A stretch of 57,285 nucleotides of DNA, taken from assembly GCA_038227875.1 (NCBI GenBank), contig JBBRPR010000055.1, positions 1 through 57,285 on the forward strand, written 5' to 3'. The stretch comes from Planctomycetota bacterium. Lineage in GTDB: Bacteria > Planctomycetota > SZUA-567 > H5-PLA8. A program made the position numbers and the translations under genes. Each line of letters starts with the position of its first letter. Positions within the stretch are counted from its first letter, which is position 1. Positions 50,107-57,285 of the stretch are shown here, piece by piece. The notes below the pieces were generated by a model. It was given only the letters and a program-made list of their open reading frames with translations, did not search any database and was not told the DNA's origin.

Positions 50107-52803
50107 CTACTTTTTTCTCTGCATGTACTCGCGTGCACCGCGCGCGACGGCGATCGGCCAACTGGCGCGGAGCGGGTCTTTGTACGGGCCGATCTTTTCG
50201 ACGGGAATGGGTTGGAAGCCCAGCTTGAACGCGGGGGACTCGGGCTTCAGGCGGTAGTCGTCCTGTTCGGGCGCGACGAAAAGCGGGTCGGCGACGACGG
50301 AGTTTTTGTCAAAGCCCAGAGCTTGCAGCGATTGCCATTCGTCCAGCGTTTCGACTTCAACCAACTTCACGTCGTCGATCCAGACGGTGCCTTCGCTGCC
50401 GCGCAGATCGATGCGCGGGCGCATCAGCTTCAGCTGGTCGTGGTAGCCCTGCTCGCCTTTGGCGGGAACTTCGAAAACCACTTCGAAGTTTTTCCACTCG
50501 GTGCCCACGGCGGCGGGTGTGTTGCGCGACCAGAAGTAGGCATTGGCGACGTACGATTGAATGGCCAATTCCACCATCGTCTCGGCGCGAGCGGCTTTCA
50601 TTTTCGCGGAGAGCCGGTACATGTGCCCCAGCTTGGCCGGAATGTCGCTGCCCACGATCACCGGCCAGGGCGGGTTGCACGTGGCTCCCGGAACTTTCAC
50701 GCCGTCGATGCGCAGGGAACGCTTGCCGTCGGCGGCGATTTCGTCGGTGGCAGCGGCTTTGCAATCGGCGCTGGGCAGTGCTTGCCATGTCCAGCCCGTG
50801 GGCAACTGCCTGGCTTCGCCGTCTTCGAAGCTGGGGTTGGCGAGCAGATTTCCGGAGACATCCTTGCCGGCTTTGAGCTGGCCGGTGGAAATGGGCAGGC
50901 CGTTGTGCCAGACGAGATTGTGGTCCGCTTCGTTGTGATCAAACGCGACGCTGGAGAAACGGTAGACCTTTGCGGCGGGATCGTGATAGTAGAAAATATT
51001 CCGGTTCAACGTGTTTCCAGACATGATCAGGCCGCCGGGAAGAATAGCGTCCTTCGGAGGCGTCTTCATATTCCGCATGTTCTGCCAGGCCGGTTCGGCG
51101 GAGACCAAGTCGTAGCCTTTGACCATCGTGGGAAAATGGTCCTTCCACATGTTGGAGCCGGCGGTCCAGCCGCTGTATTCGGCCTGATAAAGACCGTTGT
51201 CGGCGAAGACGTTGTTTTCGATCAGGTTGTCGCGGCCGTTGTGAAGGTGGATGCCGGCGCGCGAGCAGCGGACGACGATATTGCCGATGACGTCGACGCC
51301 CCCGGTATTGTCGTCGAGGTAGACGCCCCACGAAAAGTACGGCGAGACCCATTTGCCGTCGTGTTTGCCGAAGCCGAGCATGTCGTGAAAATAATTGTAG
51401 CGCACGACCGAACCGCGCGACGAGATCCAGTCGCGGCCGCCGGTGTAGACGGCTCCAGTGTCTTCAGTCTCGAGATTCAGGTGGCGGATTTCGTTGTATT
51501 CGATGAGCAGATTATTGCCGCTGAACATGATGCCCATACGCGGGCCATCGTGGATCAAATTGTGTGAAGCGCGATTGCCGACGCCGTTTAGCGCGATGCC
51601 GACGCCTTGTTTGTAGTAGGCGCCGATGTGGTGGATGTAGTTGTTGTCGGCGAAATTTTCGGCGGGCGTCAGCGTCTTGCGGTCGCCGCCGTCGATGGCG
51701 ATGCCGTGGCAGCCGATTTCGGAAATGTCGCAGCCGATCACGCCGTTGCGCAGGCCACCGCTGGTCTGCACGCCGGAGCCGAGGTAATCGCCCACGCTGC
51801 GAATCGTGCACGCGGCGATGCGGCAGTCGCTTGAGTCCCTGAAGACCACGGCGGTTCCTTCGCAGCATTCCAGCGTGAAGCCCTGGAGCGTGAGGTGCGA
51901 CGTGCCCTTGCCGATTTCGACGAGCGTACGCAGCGTTGGCGCGACCACGGACTTGCCTTCCAGCGGCGACGGCGGCCAGAAGTAAAGCTTGCCGGCGGTT
52001 TGGTCGAGGTACCATTCACCGGGCGCGTCGAGTTCTTCGAGCATGCCCTGGACAAAGTAGCGGTCGCCGGGGCGGATGCCGTAGGAGCAGTCGGCGGCCA
52101 GGGTGAGCGTGCGTTTGTCGCGGTCCATGGCGGCAATGCGGACGATGTTGTTCCACCAGTTGTAACGCGGGAAAATCCAGACTTCGCCGTCGGTGGGCCT
52201 GGCCCACGTCCGCGCGTCTTCGACTTTGTAGTTCAGGACTTTGGGCGAGTCTTCCGGACGCTCACGGTACATTTCCCAGGGCAGGCCATCGACATAGGCC
52301 CAGCCGCCGGCGCAGGGATTGTCGGGATCGAAGTTGGGATAGCGGGCGAGAATCTGGCGTTTGCCGTCGAAGCTCAGCTGGCGGAAGGTCGGATTCTTGA
52401 ATCCCTGCGCGGTGAGATCGGCGACCAGGATCTTGTCCTTGAAGGGAGTAAAGCCGGTGACCTGTCGTCCACCGACGAGTGCGGGACGTTCATCGCCGAA
52501 GCCGCGCCAGACCACGTTAGAGTCTTCGGCGCCGAGCGTAAACGTCTGCGCGAGGCAATAGATGCCGGCGCGAACGTGAACGGTGACCACGCCGTCGAGT
52601 TTCTTATCATGGCGGAGTTTCCGGATTTCGTCGCGCGCATGTTCGAGCGTCGCGAACGGGCCGTCGGTTTTTTTCTCGTCAGGCGCGGCCAATTGGCCGC
52701 TGAAGGTGTCGCTGCCGTTGGTGGCGACGTAAAAATCCTGCGTGAATGCGCGGGAGAAGGCCAGCAACATCAGGGCACAGCACAGTCCGATTGATGATTG
52801 CAT
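50107..52803 (-). CDS. Secreted right-handed beta-helix protein (GH141-like) with inserted CBM4/9-like domain
   Basis: Signal peptide, FYVATNGSD..GPFAT, ELDAPGEWY, DTGAVY, GVYLDD, NLLANPSFE...VWIDDV module, ADPLFV..DYRL. Confidence 0.82.
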   Translation of the reverse strand: MQSSIGLCCALMLLAFSRAFTQDFYVATNGSDTFSGQLAAPDEKKTDGPFATLEHARDEIRKLRHDKKLDGVVTVHVRAGIYCLAQTFTLGAEDSNVVWRGFGDERPALVGGRQVTGFTPFKDKILVADLTAQGFKNPTFRQLSFDGKRQILARYPNFDPDNPCAGGWAYVDGLPWEMYRERPEDSPKVLNYKVEDARTWARPTDGEVWIFPRYNWWNNIVRIAAMDRDKRTLTLAADCSYGIRPGDRYFVQGMLEELDAPGEWYLDQTAGKLYFWPPSPLEGKSVVAPTLRTLVEIGKGTSHLTLQGFTLECCEGTAVVFRDSSDCRIAACTIRSVGDYLGSGVQTSGGLRNGVIGCDISEIGCHGIAIDGGDRKTLTPAENFADNNYIHHIGAYYKQGVGIALNGVGNRASHNLIHDGPRMGIMFSGNNLLIEYNEIRHLNLETEDTGAVYTGGRDWISSRGSVVRYNYFHDMLGFGKHDGKWVSPYFSWGVYLDDNTGGVDVIGNIVVRCSRAGIHLHNGRDNLIENNVFADNGLYQAEYSGWTAGSNMWKDHFPTMVKGYDLVSAEPAWQNMRNMKTPPKDAILPGGLIMSGNTLNRNIFYYHDPAAKVYRFSSVAFDHNEADHNLVWHNGLPISTGQLKAGKDVSGNLLANPSFEDGEARQLPTGWTWQALPSADCKAAATDEIAADGKRSLRIDGVKVPGATCNPPWPVIVGSDIPAKLGHMYRLSAKMKAARAETMVELAIQSYVANAYFWSRNTPAAVGTEWKNFEVVFEVPAKGEQGYHDQLKLMRPRIDLRGSEGTVWIDDVKLVEVETLDEWQSLQALGFDKNSVVADPLFVAPEQDDYRLKPESPAFKLGFQPIPVEKIGPYKDPLRASWPIAVARGAREYMQRKK

Positions 52804-52927
52804 GGCGCGAGTATCTCGAGAATCCTGTAGTGCTGCCTAAATCCGCCCGGTCCGCAAACGGGTTGGCATTCTGTCAACGACTGGTAGCGCAAGTCGCGAG
52901 GTCGTCTGCATCCGAAGCAATCTTCGA

Positions 52928-55747
52928 CTACTTTTTGAGCAGTGCATCCGTGACCCGGTTGCGAAGTTGGCGCAAATTATCCTTTTCGAGCGCCGACAAG
53001 GTGCCCTTCGACACGGCACGCTGGCAGAACACGGCGCCGATTGGTTTGCCCAGCGGCATCACTGGGAGCAGCAGAAATGTACTGCCGCCAGCCACCGACG
53101 GCAATTCCCCGGACATTCCGGCCAGGGCACCGGCATCCGAAGAAATTTCGCGCGGACCGGTAATTACCTCGGCCAGCTTGCCAGAGGAACCAGAGATGGG
53201 AATCTTGAACGTCTGCAGATAGTCGTCCAGGCGCGGGCCAATGCCGAGACGCGCGATCAGCTGGTCCTTCTGCTGCGTAACCAGCATCAGGATGACGTGA
53301 TCCAGGCCGCAGGTTTTGTGCATGACGTCCAGGATCGAACGCAGCACGGTTTCCAGATCGAACTTGCCATCGAGTGTCTTGTCCATGCCGTCGAGGTAAT
53401 GCTGGAGCGATTTTTTCGCCTCGGCCTGGGCCGCCTCTTTCGCACGTTCCGCCGTTTTATCTCCGGGCAGGGGTGCTTTGGACGACGAACTCAATTCCGA
53501 GCGCGTGACGTTCATCGCGCTGGTGATTTGCCCCATGGATCTTTCGGCGCTCGCCACGGACTGCTCGAAGCGCTTGGCGTTTACCGGCACAAAAGACTCG
53601 TAGCGGCTGCATACCCGGGCGATCTGCGCGGCGCGCAACTTCGGATCCGGCAGTGCGGTGGCCTCGGCCAGGTCGCTGGCCATCGAGACGACCGCGCTGA
53701 ATTTCTGAGCGCGGTTGTTGCGCAAGACCGGCTGAGTCGTGTCGAAATGGCAGATGCCGCCGACGATCGAATTCAGATTCCAGCTTTTGGCGATCGCGCG
53801 GCTGATTTCCGAATACGACGCGCCCAGAATTCTGCGGCTGGCCTGTTCGCGGTTGAGATGCTCGCCAGCCATCAATTCCTCAATCAGCCGGTGCTTGGCC
53901 GGGAAGTGCTGCGCGATCAGCACGGCGCTTAACTGATGCATGATCCCTGCGATGAACGCCGTCTCGGGCTGAATTCCCGCGCCATTGCGAGCCAGTTCGC
54001 GCGAGTACGTTCCGGTCATCAGCGTCGAGATGATCAGGTTCTTGATTGTTGCGCCATTGGCCTCGTTGCCCTTGGTGTTGTCGACGATGCTCAAACACGT
54101 TGCGATCTGCGAGATCGTGTCGATGCCCATCACCAGCACCGCGCGCGAGATGGTGGTGATTTCCTGCGCCGTCGCCGAGGTGTAGTAGGCGGAATTGACC
54201 GTTTGCAGCAGCGAGGTGGTTAGCGCCACATCTTTGAGAATCGCGTCGGTGATTTTTTGCCCGCTGGACTGTTCGGAATGCAACGCTGAGCACACTTCCG
54301 AAACAAACCGCGCCACGGCAGGCAAATTACCCTTTCCGCTGGCGTTGATGACGCTGAGGATTTCGTCCACCGCCGACGGCGGCACGACCGGTGCCGCCGC
54401 TGCAGATGTGGCGGCTGGAACGGTCTTGGTCTCCGGACTGGATGCAGGTGTTGCCGCCACGGGCGCATTCGCGACGCTTGAAGATATGGAAGCCGCTGTT
54501 CGCGCCGGCGCCCGTGCGGGTGGGGCGGCCGGCGTGGGTGGCGGGGAAGGGGGGGACGGAGATGCAGTGGGTACGGAAACCGGGGCTGGACTGGGCGGCG
54601 GTTCGATGATCGTCTTGGAAAACAGCGTCGGTGCGATGGTTGTGGACATCGTCGCCGCGTTTGCGCGCGCAGGCGCGGCCGCCACGGACTTCGAGGGATC
54701 GATGCCTGCCAGGCATTTTCGAAGTTCGCTCAGCAATGCCGCGCCGTCGCCGAAACGGCGCTCGGGTTCCTTTTCCAGGCAGCGTTCGATCAGGTGCAGC
54801 GTGGGCATGGTGAGATCAGTGCGGTACGACCGCATTGGTGTGTGCGGTTGCTGCACTGTAGCCAGAATCGTATTGAGCGGCGTCTCTCCCTGGAACGGCG
54901 GACTGCCGCTCAGCAGCGCATATAACGTGGCGCCCATGCTGAAAATGTCGGCAGGTTTTCCGGCCGTGCGAGCATCAATGGCCTGCTCCGGCGCGATGAA
55001 TCCCGGCGTGCCCATGCAACTCTGGTCGGCGGTCAGATCGCTTTCCGCTTCATCGAGATGGGCCAGGCCCAGGTCCGCCAGTTTCGAGCCGCGGTAATTG
55101 GGGCCCAACGGCACCATGATATTCTCGGGCTTCACGTCGCGATGAACGATGCCGCTGCCGTGCGCCGCCGCCAGCCCTTCGCTCGCCGCGATGCAAATCT
55201 CCAGGGCGATCGCCTCGGGCAGGCCCTGGCGAGTTGTGTTGCAGGATTCGCGGACATGGGCCGCCGCGGTGCTTCCCGTCACGAATTCCATGACGATAAA
55301 GAGAATCCCGTTCTCTGCGTTCACGTCCATCACGGAGACCAGGTTGGGCGAACAGACGCGTGCGGCGATCTGAGCTTCACGCAGAAAACGCTGCGCGAGC
55401 TTGGGCTGGCGTTGCGCCAGGAAAATCGGCAGGACTTTTACCGCGACTTCCTGATTCAGCCGTGGATGGATGCCATAATAGACCGCCGCCATGCCGCCCT
55501 GTCCCAGTTTTCGGAAGAGCGGAATGCCGCCGAGCGCGGGTATGGACCGTCCGCTCAGGTTCACGCGCGTGGCGCGCAGGAGAACCTCGTCGGCCAATAA
55601 ATCTTCAGGCGGGAGAGAGGCGATTTTGTTGACGGCCGAGTCGCTGGCGGACAACCCCGGAAATTCAACGGGCGCCTGGCCGGGTTGCGTAAAAAGCGAT
55701 TCGATTCGGGTGGGCTGATTGAGGCGCGTCGTGTCGTGCCGGTCCAT
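52928..55747 (-). CDS. Hanks-type Ser/Thr protein kinase fused to HDOD and GAF-like domains
   Basis: GQGGMAAV, VAVK, HRDVKPEN, DLG, APE; Pro/Ala linker; HDOD (ILKDVALT..LL..VNS, ISRAVLVMG, AFIAGIMH); C-terminal GAF-like segment. Confidence 0.88.
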   Translation of the reverse strand: MDRHDTTRLNQPTRIESLFTQPGQAPVEFPGLSASDSAVNKIASLPPEDLLADEVLLRATRVNLSGRSIPALGGIPLFRKLGQGGMAAVYYGIHPRLNQEVAVKVLPIFLAQRQPKLAQRFLREAQIAARVCSPNLVSVMDVNAENGILFIVMEFVTGSTAAAHVRESCNTTRQGLPEAIALEICIAASEGLAAAHGSGIVHRDVKPENIMVPLGPNYRGSKLADLGLAHLDEAESDLTADQSCMGTPGFIAPEQAIDARTAGKPADIFSMGATLYALLSGSPPFQGETPLNTILATVQQPHTPMRSYRTDLTMPTLHLIERCLEKEPERRFGDGAALLSELRKCLAGIDPSKSVAAAPARANAATMSTTIAPTLFSKTIIEPPPSPAPVSVPTASPSPPSPPPTPAAPPARAPARTAASISSSVANAPVAATPASSPETKTVPAATSAAAAPVVPPSAVDEILSVINASGKGNLPAVARFVSEVCSALHSEQSSGQKITDAILKDVALTTSLLQTVNSAYYTSATAQEITTISRAVLVMGIDTISQIATCLSIVDNTKGNEANGATIKNLIISTLMTGTYSRELARNGAGIQPETAFIAGIMHQLSAVLIAQHFPAKHRLIEELMAGEHLNREQASRRILGASYSEISRAIAKSWNLNSIVGGICHFDTTQPVLRNNRAQKFSAVVSMASDLAEATALPDPKLRAAQIARVCSRYESFVPVNAKRFEQSVASAERSMGQITSAMNVTRSELSSSSKAPLPGDKTAERAKEAAQAEAKKSLQHYLDGMDKTLDGKFDLETVLRSILDVMHKTCGLDHVILMLVTQQKDQLIARLGIGPRLDDYLQTFKIPISGSSGKLAEVITGPREISSDAGALAGMSGELPSVAGGSTFLLLPVMPLGKPIGAVFCQRAVSKGTLSALEKDNLRQLRNRVTDALLKK

Positions 55748-55837
55748 AAGGAACTAGTCCGATAACCGAACGCTACTATAGCATCTTCTCAAGGCAAACA
55801 ATCGCGTCTTTCCGTAAAAAACCAATGGTGCGGAATA

Positions 55838-55886
55838 TAGCCGGGACGGGAATCGAACCCGCACTGAAGGGATTTTAAGTCCCCTG
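55838..55886 (-). tRNA. 3' fragment of tRNA-Leu(TAA); probable att-site duplication, not a full tRNA
   Basis: Minus strand CAGGGGACTTAAAATCCCTTCAGTGCGGGTTCGATTCCCGTCCCGGCTA = anticodon arm, T arm and 3' acceptor strand; no recognisable D-loop upstream. Confidence 0.82.
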
Positions 55887-55911
55887 ATATACTCTATGAC
55901 AGAAACGCGGC

Positions 55912-55945
55912 TGCGTAACGTTTGCGTAACGTTTTTGCGTGACCT
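55912..55945. repeat. Three direct repeats TGCGT(A/G)AC; candidate integrase arm-type sites
   Basis: TGCGTAACGTT at 55912 and 55923, TGCGTGACCT at 55936, ~25 bp inside the att core. Confidence 0.6.
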
Positions 55946-56035
55946 AGAGTCGTGCCCAGTTGCGGGTTGGAGCGGGATGGGATTGACCGCGCCAAACTGA
56001 GGAACAGCCCACCGAGGCGACTGGAAGGCTCTACT

Positions 56036-56662
56036 TCAACGACTCAGGACCTGCCCAATCTCCGCCGTCAGCGTCGAACTTTCAGTAGCCAGGTTGAAGA
56101 ATCCCTGGATGGACAGCTTCAGGGCGAGATCGGTGTCGGCTTCGCTCAGGCTGGAACTTGAGACCAGCAGGATCGGGATTTTGGAGATGGCTTTGGTCGT
56201 GCGAACTTTCTTTGCCAGTTTCCACGGATCATGCTGGGCGCTGCCGACATCGATGATGAACAACGAGGGGTTAAGGTTGACGGTCTTCAACACGGCGTCG
56301 GTGTAGTTGGATGGCACAACCGCCTGATGGCCCAGGGCCTCGACGGCCCGCGTGATCTCTAACGTCGCGTCGGCCGGAGCGCCTGCGATGAACACGCTTT
56401 TCTTGAGGGTGGAATGTCTCGTCCGCAGGAACGCCTCAAAGTCGGAGACGTTGACACGCCAGAAGCCGTTGGCCGCCCGTGTTGCGGGCAGGCGCCGGTT
56501 GACGATCCAGAGTTTCACCGCGGCACCCGTCACGTTCAATATCTTCCCAATGTCGTTGGGCGTGAGGTAACGCTCCCCGGAGGAAGCGACCGGCACAGTG
56601 ATGCCGAGAGCATTAGCCCGATCGGCGATCACTTCCACAGGGAGTTGCTTGTGTCTGGACAC
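56036..56662 (-). CDS. Excisionase-type HTH + atypical receiver-domain protein
   Basis: YLTPNDIGKILNV....VKLWI..RRLPA....GFWRV...DFEAFL; receiver fold with PSLFIID and IPILLVSS. Confidence 0.8.
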   Translation of the reverse strand: MSRHKQLPVEVIADRANALGITVPVASSGERYLTPNDIGKILNVTGAAVKLWIVNRRLPATRAANGFWRVNVSDFEAFLRTRHSTLKKSVFIAGAPADATLEITRAVEALGHQAVVPSNYTDAVLKTVNLNPSLFIIDVGSAQHDPWKLAKKVRTTKAISKIPILLVSSSSLSEADTDLALKLSIQGFFNLATESSTLTAEIGQVLSR

Positions 56663-56893
56663 GGGGGCGAATCTCCGGGAATTCTATTTCCTTATTCATC
56701 ATCTCGCAGCCAAAGTGGAGGGCGCATAACTTAGTTCGGGGCGCTTGAAAATCAAAGAGCCGAATCGTTTCGCGGCCGATGAATAGAGGATGTCGGTTTT
56801 CAATTGCGGACAATTCCTCGTGTCGCTACGCTGGCGAGATAACGCACTGAAGCCAGGCTTTTAAAGTTCAAGGTCGGAATACAACGACTCAGC

Positions 56894-57285
56894 ATGCAAC
56901 CCGCGAATCCCCCAGACCCAGTGAAACCGACAACGCGCGTAGGCCCGCCATGCCCACCACGCGTGGTAGTCCCACCCGAATGCCTCGCGCTGTTGGGCAA
57001 GGAGCCGGACCACGTGCTCGCCCAGCGCTTTGGGCTGGACCACTGCCTCCTTTTCCGCCGTCGCAAGGAGTTGGGAATCCCCGGCACGCGCCCGGCTCCA
57101 ACACCGTTAGTCTGGAAGGAAAATATGCTGGCGCTCCTCGGAGCGCAGTCTGATGAAGCGCTTGGGGCTCAATGGAAACTGCACCCCGACACGGTGCGTC
57201 GCAAGCGCTGTGAACTCAACCGTCCCCCCTTCGGAAAGACGAAACTCGTCAAGCGCATCGAGTGGTCAAAAGAGATGCTAAAAAA
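56894..57285 (+). CDS. Tandem HTH-like repeat protein, truncated by the window end (absent from the ORF track)
   Basis: Open frame from ATG 56894: ...CLALLGKEPDHVLAQRFG...RRRKELGIP...WKENMLALLGAQSDEALGAQW..TVRRKRCELNRP...WSKEML. Confidence 0.75.
   Translation, partial: MQPANPPDPVKPTTRVGPPCPPRVVVPPECLALLGKEPDHVLAQRFGLDHCLLFRRRKELGIPGTRPAPTPLVWKENMLALLGAQSDEALGAQWKLHPDTVRRKRCELNRPPFGKTKLVKRIEWSKEMLK

Larger units (their letters stand above)
55838..57285. mobile_element. Edge of a putative tRNA-Leu-integrated element (genomic island/prophage), continuing beyond the window
   Basis: tRNA 3' fragment, adjacent direct repeats, excisionase-type HTH gene and HTH-repeat gene; no integrase visible in the window. 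Confidence 0.6.

Noticed and set aside
55826..55835. TTCCGCACCA on the minus strand resembling a second tRNA 3' end
   Set aside because: Only 10 nt; too short to support
55887..55912. Possible 5' half (AGCCGCG...) completing the tRNA
   Set aside because: The acceptor has a C-C mismatch and there is no conserved D-loop (A14, G18-G19); treated as chance similarity

Overview
GC-rich bacterial chromosome segment, most likely from the PVC superphylum/Planctomycetota. That is an inference from the short ~111-nt 5S rRNA, the MoxR/vWA/HEAT genes and the repeat families. The window opens with the 3' end of a 23S rRNA, an unusually long structured spacer, a 5S rRNA and a terminator. About 38 protein genes follow. 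Highlights: (i) a tightly packed 8-gene minus-strand operon (27014-36834) built around an ElbD-type FAR-adenylation-ACP-acyltransferase megaenzyme, with a HAD-IB phosphatase, a Zn-dependent dehydrogenase and a LarA-like protein that keeps the nickel-pincer Lys/His spacing, i.e. a candidate ether-lipid pathway variant; (ii) a fluoride riboswitch upstream of a CLC-F exporter; (iii) an unexplained ~195-nt multi-palindrome, switch-like structured element upstream of an RHH/zinc-finger gene; (iv) several REP/REPIN and heptamer-armed inverted-repeat elements, some recruited into coding sequence; (v) an O-antigen-ligase-like protein fused to ~900 aa of extracytoplasmic domains; (vi) at the right end, a tRNA-Leu(TAA) 3' fragment with arm-type direct repeats, marking the edge of an integrated element that runs out of the window. 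All family calls come from motif recognition by eye; no database searches were run.
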